NCBI GenBank assembly: GCA_021734065.1
Contig: JAIPJQ010000004.1
Coordinates: 1-55,335, forward strand
DNA: 55,335 nt
Direction of reading: 5' to 3'
DNA from: Fidelibacterota bacterium
GTDB lineage: Bacteria; Fidelibacterota; UBA8477
Made by a program: the position numbers and the translations under genes. Positions within the stretch are counted from its first letter, which is position 1, and the number at the start of each line of letters is the position of its first letter. The notes beneath the pieces are model-generated. The model saw only the letters and a list, made by a program, of their open reading frames with translations, was not told the origin of the DNA and did no database searches. This document shows positions 47,271 through 55,335 of the stretch, piece after piece.

Positions 47271-49652
47271 CTAAAATTGCTGCCCAAAAATGAAATGCAC
47301 TTCTGGTGATCTCCAGGAAGCCTTATCAAGACCCAATGACTCCCGATCAAAACCCCATCCCAGGTCAATGCCTAATAAACCGATGGGCTGCATGATAATT
47401 CGTCCACCAAAACCTACCGACCGTTTCAGGTCATAGAAGTTGGTTTCGTTCCAATCCCGCCAGGTATTTCCGGCTTCTGCAAATAGCAGCAGGTATAACA
47501 GCGGGTTCGGTGATAGTTTAAGCCGAAGTTCGCTGGTTACCTTAAATAAACTTTTACCTCCATACCAAATTCCCGCAGTGGTTGGTGGGCGAACAGAGCG
47601 TTCCGGATAGCCACGCAAAGCGGTTCCCCAGATGAGACCGGCTCCCCCCATAAAAAAGTATTCATCGTAAGGAATAATATGCGTCAGATCGTCATCCAGC
47701 GGTGTTAAATATCCCATTTCCCCCCGGTTTCGCCAAGTAAGGTTCTCATGCCCCAGTGGGCTGTACCATTCCAAACTGGCTTCCTGCTTGAAAAAGCTTT
47801 CGTTCCCGCCTAACAAACCACCGCTGTATGTGGTGGAGAGGTTCAGTACCGAACCGGCGGTGGGAAACTCCGGCGCATTTCTGGAATCACGGGTAATAAT
47901 CTGACGCAGACTCAATCCTGATGTTGTCTCCAGATTGGCCGGGTTCACCTGGTTGAAAATGGACCAGTCGTAGACTTTATCAAGGTCGTACAGATTCCGC
48001 ATGGCCTGGAAAATCCACCGTCCCCGGAAATAGTTATCCGGCCAACGGAACCGACGGCCGAAAGTGAGCGAACCACCGGTAGAATGCATATCGTAGGGCG
48101 TGTATGAGTAACTGGAGGTTGTAGCCCCAAAATAGCTGTTCAAATCACCACGGGTACGATCCGTATCAAACAGAGAGACACCTAACAGATTTGGCGTATC
48201 AAATAGCCAGGGCTCGGTGAAACTCACCGAAAAAGAGCGATAACTGTAGGCGCGTTGCAGATTGAATGACAATTGCTGACCATTCCCCAAAAAATTGGGG
48301 AATTGCATACCAAGCGTACCGATCATTCCATCCCGTTCACTATAGCCCGCACTGGCGGTGGCCATTCCCGTCTGTTTCTCTTCCACCGCGAATTCCAGAT
48401 CGATTTCATCGTCATCCACCGGAATCACATCCGGCACCACATTGTTGAAATAATTGAGGATCATGATCTCACGCTGACTACGCATTAAGGCTGTCCGACT
48501 GAATTGATCACCTGGAAAAACCCGTAATTCACGGCGAATCACATTCTCCTTGGTCTTATCATTTCCCACAATATTGATATGCCGGACTTTGACCGGGCTG
48601 TACTCAACGATGTCCAACTTCAGGTCCACCGTATCCTCAGCAACGGGAATTTCTACTGTGTTTACCTGAGCATAGAGGTAACCACGATCCATATAAGGAC
48701 CACGCACATTGGCCTCAATTTTTTCCAGAAGATTTTCAGAGTTGTAAATATCTCCCCGCTCAATATTCAGAGCCTTCAAAATATTTTCCGTGGGAAACAG
48801 TGTATTCCCCGAAATGGTAATATCTCCGTATTTGTATTGAGCCCCTTCGTATACACGGATGTCCACGAACATTTTTTTCATGTCCTCTGAATAGTAAATA
48901 CTGTCCCGGACAATCTCAGCATCCCGGAATCCCTGGGATTTGTAATAATCTACGATTTTGGACTCGTCCGCTCGCAAGTTAGCAATGCTATATTCCGCTT
49001 CAGCCCAGAATTTCCACCAACGCTCCTGCTTGATCTTCTCCATCTGCCGCCGCAGTTTCCAGTCGCTGAGTTCCACGTTCTCAATAAAATTGATATCGAA
49101 AACCTTAACCTTTTTGTTTTCTTTAATCTCGAATCGAATGCCGCGGGTATTCTCCTTCTCCCCTTCGAATGTGGAGGGCGTCACTTCAGCCAGGAGATAA
49201 CCTTTGTCCAGATACATCTGCTCGATTTTTCGCTGAGCCTCATAGACAGCATTGGGCGACAAAACCTGTCCGGTGTATAATTTCAACTCTTCCTCAATAT
49301 CGTCCGACTTAATCTTCTTGTTTCCCTCCAGGACGATTTTCTCCAGTCGCGGATACTCCTCCACAGAGATAATGAGGTAAATACCTTCCGGTGTCTGCTG
49401 GTCTGCAATGATTTTAATGTCGGAAAAAAGCCCCAGATTCCAGAGCTGACGCACGGCATCACCAAAGGCATCCGCATTCACTTCCGTACCCGGTCGCAGA
49501 CCTGAATTCTGGATAATGACATCCGGGGAAGCAGTTGTATTCCCTACAACTGTAATATTGTAAATATTTACTTTGGTAGCTTGGGCGGACAGACTGGATA
49601 CGATGACGAAAAACAGGAGTAGGGTTAGAATTTTGGGGGAATAATTCCGCAT
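47271..49652 (-). CDS. bamA: Outer membrane protein assembly factor BamA
   Basis: POTRA repeats (GNDKTKENVIRREL), FTEPWLFD, LRGY motif, LLFAEAGN, C-terminal HFIFGQQF. Confidence 0.96.
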   Translation of the reverse strand: MRNYSPKILTLLLFFVIVSSLSAQATKVNIYNITVVGNTTASPDVIIQNSGLRPGTEVNADAFGDAVRQLWNLGLFSDIKIIADQQTPEGIYLIISVEEYPRLEKIVLEGNKKIKSDDIEEELKLYTGQVLSPNAVYEAQRKIEQMYLDKGYLLAEVTPSTFEGEKENTRGIRFEIKENKKVKVFDINFIENVELSDWKLRRQMEKIKQERWWKFWAEAEYSIANLRADESKIVDYYKSQGFRDAEIVRDSIYYSEDMKKMFVDIRVYEGAQYKYGDITISGNTLFPTENILKALNIERGDIYNSENLLEKIEANVRGPYMDRGYLYAQVNTVEIPVAEDTVDLKLDIVEYSPVKVRHINIVGNDKTKENVIRRELRVFPGDQFSRTALMRSQREIMILNYFNNVVPDVIPVDDDEIDLEFAVEEKQTGMATASAGYSERDGMIGTLGMQFPNFLGNGQQLSFNLQRAYSYRSFSVSFTEPWLFDTPNLLGVSLFDTDRTRGDLNSYFGATTSSYSYTPYDMHSTGGSLTFGRRFRWPDNYFRGRWIFQAMRNLYDLDKVYDWSIFNQVNPANLETTSGLSLRQIITRDSRNAPEFPTAGSVLNLSTTYSGGLLGGNESFFKQEASLEWYSPLGHENLTWRNRGEMGYLTPLDDDLTHIIPYDEYFFMGGAGLIWGTALRGYPERSVRPPTTAGIWYGGKSLFKVTSELRLKLSPNPLLYLLLFAEAGNTWRDWNETNFYDLKRSVGFGGRIIMQPIGLLGIDLGWGFDRESLGLDKASWRSPEVHFIFGQQF

Positions 49653-49677
49653 GATATAAGGGCTCTTCTATCTGTGA

Positions 49678-50439
49678 TTATTGAATGAGTTGTTCGCTTA
49701 CTTTGCCAAATCGTCGTTCTCGCATCTGAAAATCACTGATTGCGTGTAAGAGTTCCATTTCACGAAAGGCAGGCCAGAACACAGGCGTGATATACATCTC
49801 CGTATATGCCATTTGCCACAATAAAAAGTTACTGATGCGGGTCTCACCACCAGGACGAATCAATAGGTCCGGATCAGGCATTTCGGCAGTGTATAGACGC
49901 TTACTGAAATCTTCTGCAGAGATCTCACCTGGCTTCAGTTCACCTGCAGCCACATCTTTGGCAACTTGATTCACCGCTTCCAGAATTTCCTGTCGTGATC
50001 CGTAACTCAACGCCAGGTTTAGAACCAAACCTGTGTTTTTGGACAATCGCTGGATGGCATTCATCATGCCCTGTCGGGGTGCTTCAGGTAAATCCATCAT
50101 GCGTCCAATGACAGACAACCGGACATTGTTCCGGTCTAAATCTTCCACTTCATGGTTAATGGTATCCAGCAGCAATTCCATGAGTGCGGATACCTCCAAC
50201 CGGGGCCGCTGCCAGTTTTCGCTGGAAAATGTGAACAGCGTAAGATATTGAATGCCAAGTTCGCCGCACAATTGTGTAACAACTCGCACGGACTTAATGC
50301 CCTCTGAATGGCCGGCTACCCGGGGGAGACCACGCTCCTTGGCCCAGCGACCATTGCCATCCATGATGATAGCGATATGTTGCGGCAGATTTCCCCGGTC
50401 TAATATCTCAGCTTTTAGTGATGCAATATCCTGGCTCAT
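49678..50439 (-). CDS. uppS: Undecaprenyl diphosphate synthase (cis-isoprenyl transferase)
   Basis: HIAIIMDGNGRWAK, FSSENWQRP, LSYGSRQEI, DPDLLIRPGGETRISNFLLWQ; start moved to ATG 50439. Confidence 0.97.
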   Translation of the reverse strand: MSQDIASLKAEILDRGNLPQHIAIIMDGNGRWAKERGLPRVAGHSEGIKSVRVVTQLCGELGIQYLTLFTFSSENWQRPRLEVSALMELLLDTINHEVEDLDRNNVRLSVIGRMMDLPEAPRQGMMNAIQRLSKNTGLVLNLALSYGSRQEILEAVNQVAKDVAAGELKPGEISAEDFSKRLYTAEMPDPDLLIRPGGETRISNFLLWQMAYTEMYITPVFWPAFREMELLHAISDFQMRERRFGKVSEQLIQ

Positions 50440-50537
50440 TGATTCCCATTTTCCCGTGCTCAAAAGCCCGGCAATATAGACGCCGACTCTTCCCCTGTCA
50501 AGCGTGTTGGAGCCCGTCTGCCCAAACGCAAAACCGG

Positions 50538-50837
50538 CTATTCCATACCCAGCGCACGGCGTCCCGCAGGCGTTATCATTTCCGGGGACCAGCGTGGCTC
50601 CCAAACAATTTCCACATTCGCCGATTCAACACCGTCCACTGCCTGTACTTTGGCTTTGGCGTCCGCGCTGATATGGGAAGACATGGGACACCCTGTGGCA
50701 GTGAGCGTCATTCTAATATCCACCCGGGAATCGTTGACCTGTACATCATAGATCAACCCCAGATCCACCACGTTTACGGGTATTTCAGGATCGTAGCACT
50801 TTTTCAAAGCATCCATGACCATTTTTTCACTCACCAT
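50538..50837 (-). CDS. Metal-sulfur cluster assembly factor (DUF59/SufT/MIP18)
   Basis: YDPEIPVNVVDLGLIY, MTLTATGCPM, VWEPRWSPEMI. Confidence 0.92.
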   Translation of the reverse strand: MVSEKMVMDALKKCYDPEIPVNVVDLGLIYDVQVNDSRVDIRMTLTATGCPMSSHISADAKAKVQAVDGVESANVEIVWEPRWSPEMITPAGRRALGME

Positions 50838-50875
50838 TATCAAACCTCCGATTATCTGGCCGACCCATAACGGAC

Positions 50876-51928
50876 TTAGGCTTCCTGAGTCACTTTAGCA
50901 ATCAATTGATCAGCAATATTCATAAATTCACGGGAAATCTCCGAAGCCTCGTTATAAATGGTCATGGGCTGCCCCTTATCACTGGCGGTCATTACCTCTT
51001 CATTCAAAGGAATTCGACCCAAAAGCGCCACATTCAATCGCTTACTTTCCCGTTCACCACCACCATGCGAGAATATCTCCGAACGATGTCCACACTCGGG
51101 ACAAACATAGTAACTCATATTTTCCACAATGCCCAAAACGGGTGTGTTCACTTTGTGAAACATATTGGCGCCACGCTGCACATCCAGCAAAGCCAGATCC
51201 TGCGGGGTGGTGACGATCACCGCACCCGTGAGGGCTAATTTCTGCACCAGGGTAAGCTGAACATCACCGGTGCCGGGAGGCAGGTCCATGATGAGGAAAT
51301 CCAGTTCTCCCCACTGCACATCATTCAAAAACTGAGTCACCAATTTAGCCACCATAGGACCGCGCCAGATTACCGGAGAATCATCGCCCAAAATGAAACC
51401 GAAGGACATGAGTTCCATCCCATATTTTTTAATGGGCAGGAGTTTGTTGCCCGGTAGTACCCTGGGAACCTCCGTGACACCCATGGTCAGAGGTAAGCTG
51501 GGACCGTACACATCCAGATCCAGTAATCCTACTTTATATCCTTTTTTCATCAATGCCGTTGCCAGGTTGGCGGCAACGGTGGATTTCCCCACGCCCCCCT
51601 TACCGCTGGCCACCGCAATGGTATGTTTCACCGTAGGTAATAATTCATCCTCAGCAGCGCCGTTTCCTCCAGTTTGCTGACCGCCCGTGACTTCCGGTGC
51701 GGCGATCAATACACTAATGGTTTTGAAGCCGGCGGCTTTCAGCCTGGTCTCCACATCCTGCTTGAGCTGCTTTTTAATATTCTCATCCGTGGAGGTGACC
51801 CGCAATTCCACCTTCGCCGCATCGTCATCCACAAAGACATCTTTCACCATTCCGAATGAGACAATATTCCTGCTAAATCCCGGGTATTTCACCTCTTCCA
51901 GCAGTTTCAGTATCTGATCTTTATTCAA
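50876..51928 (-). CDS. mrp: Mrp/ApbC/NBP35 Fe-S cluster carrier ATPase
   Basis: N-terminal DUF59-like VKYPGFSRNIV, SGKGGVGKST, DLDVYGPS, WRGPMV, DLPPGTGD, ENMSYYVCPEC. Confidence 0.95.
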   Translation of the reverse strand: MNKDQILKLLEEVKYPGFSRNIVSFGMVKDVFVDDDAAKVELRVTSTDENIKKQLKQDVETRLKAAGFKTISVLIAAPEVTGGQQTGGNGAAEDELLPTVKHTIAVASGKGGVGKSTVAANLATALMKKGYKVGLLDLDVYGPSLPLTMGVTEVPRVLPGNKLLPIKKYGMELMSFGFILGDDSPVIWRGPMVAKLVTQFLNDVQWGELDFLIMDLPPGTGDVQLTLVQKLALTGAVIVTTPQDLALLDVQRGANMFHKVNTPVLGIVENMSYYVCPECGHRSEIFSHGGGERESKRLNVALLGRIPLNEEVMTASDKGQPMTIYNEASEISREFMNIADQLIAKVTQEA

Positions 51929-52073
51929 TGTATTTCTCCTCTCTGAACACTTAACATTTGCGCCCCAATATAGCAGACGGGCACTCCCAATTGAAGCTCA
52001 AAACCCAATCCATTCAAAGCAGTATTTCATATTGTCAAATATCGAAATCAAATCCCGTCTTTGAGAATTGCAT

Positions 52074-52245
52074 ATGGGTAAAGCCCCGGCACTCTCCCGC
52101 CCCATTACTTTTCCAGCATAGTGTCAGCATTGGTAATGGGATACCACTCCACAAACGCTTGTGCCTGGGTCCCTGGTATAAAACGATATAAACACTTGCA
52201 CTTCCCGCTTAGATGGAGCCCCACGGGTAAACCCTTTGTACCCAT
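52074..52245. ncRNA. Candidate structured non-coding RNA (three-stem fold), family unassigned
   Basis: Closing stem 52074-52083/52234-52245 enclosing hairpins 52101-52108/52133-52140 and 52141-52146/52174-52179; no RNase P, tmRNA, SRP or tRNA signature. Confidence 0.3.
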
Positions 52246-52253
52246 TACATGAC

Positions 52254-52352
52254 CCGCCTTTGCTTTCAGCTACGGCCTCGGCAGAGCCTACGGCGAGTCT
52301 CAGCGAGCCGCGCGGTCATCCGCCTACACTACAGGCGCGCAGAGGCGGATGA
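52254..52352. repeat. REP-like imperfect palindromes plus a perfect 10-bp hairpin
   Basis: CCGCCTTTGCTTTCAGCTACGGC imperfect hairpin; CTACGGC repeated at 52270 and 52288; TCATCCGCCT/AGGCGGATGA at 52316-52325/52343-52352. Confidence 0.3.
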
Positions 52353-52383
52353 AAAAAGCCCCGACAAAAAAATTGCCAGGGCT
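52352..52383 (-). terminator. Intrinsic terminator of the ferredoxin gene
   Basis: Minus strand AGCCCTGGCAA-TTTTT-TTGTCGGGGCT (11-bp stem with G-U pairs) followed by a U6 tract. Confidence 0.65.
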
Positions 52384-52415
52384 CATGAATGAAATGTGAT
52401 TAAACCCGTGCGGTG

Positions 52416-52658
52416 TTATTTGCCGGTCAACCGGTGATACCGCTCCATCAAAACCTCGTCGGATTCTTCAACACCCACAGGGATACAATCCACCGGACAG
52501 ACTTCGACGCATTGCGATTCGTCAAAATGGCCTTTACATTCAGTGCACTTTTCTGGATCGATTTCGTAGATCTCTTCGCCTTCGTAAATAGCCTCGTTGG
52601 GACATTCCGGTTCGCAGGCACCGCAGTTGATACATTCATCAGTAATAATTAAGGACAT
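52416..52658 (-). CDS. 2[4Fe-4S] dicluster ferredoxin (YfhL family)
   Basis: [12 protein letters not shown] and [18 protein letters not shown] motifs. Confidence 0.93.
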   Translation of the reverse strand: MSLIITDECINCGACEPECPNEAIYEGEEIYEIDPEKCTECKGHFDESQCVEVCPVDCIPVGVEESDEVLMERYHRLTGK

Positions 52659-52900
52659 GTTGCCTCCTGTTATATGGTTCAGGTCAGGATTATTTCATTT
52701 TTCAACGACCCGGCAGCTACCAATAAGCTGTCAGGAAGTAGGTTATCAAAAAGTGTACCGCAATCTTTCATCGACGCGGAATATAGAGAAAAAAATGTGG
52801 CTGACTATCATTTTTGGCGAAATGTCGGTGGAGGAATAACCGAATACCGTTTCGTGTGGTGGGAATCAAGATTATTATATGGCTCTGCACGGAGCGAAAC

Positions 52901-54688
52901 ATGAAAATAGCTTATCTGGACGGACGCCGACTCTATCGTGTACTCTACGCGGGGATACAAAATATCCTGGATCATCAGGATTATCTGAATAAAATCAATG
53001 TCTTCCCGGTCCCGGATGGCGATACCGGCACCAACATGGCTTATACACTCATGGGCATTGCCGAAAGAATGCGCACGCACCTCAGCCTGCCCCTGGGTGA
53101 ACTGAGTCAGGAGGTGGCCAATGCTGCTATTGATAATGCCCGGGGAAATTCCGGCGCCATCTTAGCCCAATTTTTCCAGGGATTTGCTGAAGCGGTGATG
53201 GGTAAAGCCAAATTATCCACCGCCCAGTTTGCAGAAGCGGTTTCAGCTGCCAGCCAGAGTGCTTACCAGGCGCTCTCCCACCCTTGCGAAGGTACCATTC
53301 TGTCCGTCATTAAAACCTGGTCAGCCAGTTTGAAGGAAAAAGCGCACCACTATCGCGATTATCTCTCACTCATGGAGGCGTCCCTGCAGGAGGCTCAGGA
53401 GGCATTGAGAAGAACACCGGAACAATTGGCGGTTTTAAAAAAAGCTGGTGTGGTTGATGCGGCTGGTCAGGGATTTGTGGATATTCTGGAGGGCATGCTG
53501 CATTTCATCCGTTCGGGAAATTTGCGCCATACACAAAAACTGGAAATGTCACTGGCGGATTCTGTTGATTCGGAAGAGGTTCATCCGGAAGACATCAATC
53601 TTGACTATCCGTTCTGTACCGAATGCGTGATCACCGGTGACGGATTCGATCGTCAAGCCATTTTCGCAGAATTGGAGCATCGCGGAGACAGCATCGTGGT
53701 GGCCGGTTCTCCGCAGCACATGAAAGTCCATCTTCACACCCTGGAGCCAGGAAAAGTCTTTAATCATCTGCGAAGTCTGGGACATTTGAGTCAGCAGAAA
53801 GTGGATGATATGCGCATCCAGAAAAAAGCGGCCGCGGATCCCAATGCCATTGCGTTGGTGGTGGATTCCACCTGCGATCTGCCGGATGAACTGTTCGATC
53901 GCTTCCAAATCCACACGATTCCGGTGCGGTTGAATTTTGGGGGAGATGAATTCATTGACAAAATCACCATATCCGGTGACGAATTTTACCAGCGATTACT
54001 GACAGATAAAAGCCATCCCAAAACCTCCCAGCCTCCATTGGGTGATGTTCGACGCATCTTCAAATTCCTGTCCTCCCATTATAGTCATGTGGTTTCTATT
54101 CATGTCTCCCGGAATTCATCCGGCACCCTGCAGGGCATTGAGGCAGGTCTGAAAGATGTGGTATTTAAGAACAAAGCGGTGATAGACGGATACAGTTTAT
54201 CGATTGGAACCGGATTGATTGTGATAGAAGCCGGAGAAGCGATTGAAGCGGGGGAGTCCTTCGAAACCGTCATCCGACGCGTTGAGAAAGCGGTGCAAAA
54301 CACCCAGGTATTTATCGGTTTGGATTCTCTGGATGCTATCTTCCGTGGGGGGCGGGTTTCCGATAAAAAGAAAAAGCTGGTAGAAGCACTACACTTGAAC
54401 CCGATCCTCACCATGAATAAAAGCGGATTTGTGGAATCCGCCGGTGTCACCTTCGGACGGAAGAATAAATTTGCCAAGTTCACCCGGTTTGTGTTAAAGA
54501 AAATTGGTGACCGTGCGGTGAAACGGATCGGCGTGGTCCATGCAGTGAATCCAAAGGTTGCTCATATGGCGGTTGAAACGCTGGAGAATCACTTTCCCCA
54601 TATTGTAATCTACCAATCCACTGTGGGGCCGGCGCTGGGGGTACATGCCGGTCGTAAAGCCCTGGGCATCGCGGTGCAGTTTGCGTAG
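52901..54688 (+). CDS. Fused DAK2 (FakA-like) - DegV (FakB-like) fatty acid kinase
   Basis: NVFPVPDGDTGTNM, ARGNSGAIL, DAAGQG, KVHLHT, then DegV motifs VDSTCDL, KTSQP, IHVS..SSGT, GVHAG; start moved to ATG 52901 (GGAG RBS). Confidence 0.9.
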   Translation: MKIAYLDGRRLYRVLYAGIQNILDHQDYLNKINVFPVPDGDTGTNMAYTLMGIAERMRTHLSLPLGELSQEVANAAIDNARGNSGAILAQFFQGFAEAVMGKAKLSTAQFAEAVSAASQSAYQALSHPCEGTILSVIKTWSASLKEKAHHYRDYLSLMEASLQEAQEALRRTPEQLAVLKKAGVVDAAGQGFVDILEGMLHFIRSGNLRHTQKLEMSLADSVDSEEVHPEDINLDYPFCTECVITGDGFDRQAIFAELEHRGDSIVVAGSPQHMKVHLHTLEPGKVFNHLRSLGHLSQQKVDDMRIQKKAAADPNAIALVVDSTCDLPDELFDRFQIHTIPVRLNFGGDEFIDKITISGDEFYQRLLTDKSHPKTSQPPLGDVRRIFKFLSSHYSHVVSIHVSRNSSGTLQGIEAGLKDVVFKNKAVIDGYSLSIGTGLIVIEAGEAIEAGESFETVIRRVEKAVQNTQVFIGLDSLDAIFRGGRVSDKKKKLVEALHLNPILTMNKSGFVESAGVTFGRKNKFAKFTRFVLKKIGDRAVKRIGVVHAVNPKVAHMAVETLENHFPHIVIYQSTVGPALGVHAGRKALGIAVQFA

Positions 54689-54730
54689 CATTCAACCCAT
54701 GAACCCACCCAAGTTTGATAAGGAGAAATC

Positions 54731-55335
54731 ATGCTCATTCTGCTGGTAGTGTTATTCCTCAGTTATATCATTGGCTCCATCCCCACCAGTATCATTGTAT
54801 CCAGGTTGTTTTACCATACAGACATACGGGAGCACGGCTCAAAGAATGCCGGTGCCACCAATGTTTTCCGTACCTTTGGCTGGAAACCCGCTCTGGCGGT
54901 CATGCTGGTTGATGTTTTGAAAGGTTGGTTCCCGGCCTGGTATGTGGGGACACACAGCATTTCAGGAATTGCATTAGCCGGTAACGTCGATGCTTTAATG
55001 ATCCTGGCTGGTTTTGCCGCGGTCCTGGGTCACACCTATACCATCTTCGCCCGATTCAAAGGCGGTAAAGGCGTTGGTACAGCCGCCGGAATGTTGATCG
55101 CGCTATTTCCCGTAGCATTGCCCATTTGTCTGGCAGTTTTCATTCTAACGCTCATGTTCAGCGGAATGGTTTCCCTGGGCAGCATGCTGGCGGCTGTGGC
55201 ACTTCCCGTTGTTCTGCTATTACTGAAATTTTTCGCCGGTCATCCCATCTCGGACACGCTGCTTACCTTTTCGCTGCTAATTCCCCTGTTCATCATTTTT
55301 ACCCATCGCAGCAATGTGAGCCGCATTCTGGCGGG
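54731..55335 (+). CDS. plsY: Glycerol-3-phosphate acyltransferase PlsY (runs off the window end)
   Basis: Translated by eye from ATG 54731 (AGGAG RBS): SYIIGSIPT, DIREHGSKNAGATNVFR, VDVLKG, LGHTYTIFARFKGGKGVGTAAG, THRSNVSRIL. Confidence 0.93.
   Translation, partial: MLILLVVLFLSYIIGSIPTSIIVSRLFYHTDIREHGSKNAGATNVFRTFGWKPALAVMLVDVLKGWFPAWYVGTHSISGIALAGNVDALMILAGFAAVLGHTYTIFARFKGGKGVGTAAGMLIALFPVALPICLAVFILTLMFSGMVSLGSMLAAVALPVVLLLLKFFAGHPISDTLLTFSLLIPLFIIFTHRSNVSRILA

Noticed and set aside
50418-50604. Apparent overlap of uppS with sufT and an N-terminal extension on uppS
   Set aside because: Artefact of longest-ORF calling; homology begins at Met 50439
52105-52245. 46-aa minus-strand ORF MGTKGLPVGLHLSGKCKC...TMLEK, and the overlapping 77-aa plus-strand ORF at 51958-52191
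   Set aside because: No RBS or recognisable motif; its start and stop both derive from the repeated GTAATGGG motif, so it is probably a by-product of the RNA structure
51930-52415. RNase P RNA, tmRNA, SRP RNA or cobalamin/SAM riboswitch in the long intergenic region
   Set aside because: Hallmark motifs (GAGGAAAGUCC, tRNA-like ends, SRP domain IV, B12 box) are absent on both strands; kept only as an unassigned structured-RNA candidate
105-55335. Selenoprotein genes with in-frame UGA
   Set aside because: All recognisable genes (ferredoxin, SufT, Mrp, NqrF, etc.) are full length with Cys at the expected sites; no truncated ORF continuing past a UGA was noticed
1-55335. CRISPR array, rRNA, tRNA, transposase or integrase
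   Set aside because: No regularly spaced direct repeats, no structural RNA gene signatures, and no DDE/Y1/tyrosine-recombinase motifs in any ORF

Overview
This 55.3 kb window is mostly dense core genome from a diderm (LPS-making) bacterium. The LpxC-FabZ fusion, long S16, Na+-NQR and overall gene content suggest the FCB superphylum or a neighbouring lineage (Marinimicrobia/Calditrichota/KSB1-like); this is inference. In order, it contains: an AT-rich NucS-like nuclease; a TSUP-selA-selB block; the ffh-rpsP-khpA-rimM-trmD-rplS operon; nqrA-F plus apbE and a convergent NqrM-like gene; yciH; a COG2403-type P-loop protein; dusB; rpmB; a ChoD-like oxidoreductase with an ABC-2 exporter and a LolA-like protein; arcC-sucCD-ndk; nfeD-floA-yqfB; GtrA with a GT-C transferase, MsbA-like transporter, tsaC and an LpxL-like acyltransferase; the rseP-dxr-lpxA-lpxC/fabZ-lpxD-skp-bamA-uppS envelope cluster; sufT-mrp; a ferredoxin; a FakA-FakB fusion; and a truncated plsY. 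I found no tRNA, rRNA, CRISPR array or intact transposase. Best leads: (1) the COG2403 protein is a probable arginine synthetase (ArcE), with an ARG-box-like site upstream and carbamate kinase nearby; (2) an AT-rich Zn-ribbon/HTH/NucS gene is followed by a two-state hairpin that sequesters the next gene's RBS region and start codon; (3) a divergent NqrM-like protein; (4) a TSUP transporter heads the sel genes; (5) two candidate structured RNAs, one upstream of nqrA and one upstream of mrp. All functional calls come from motif recognition by eye, with no database searches.
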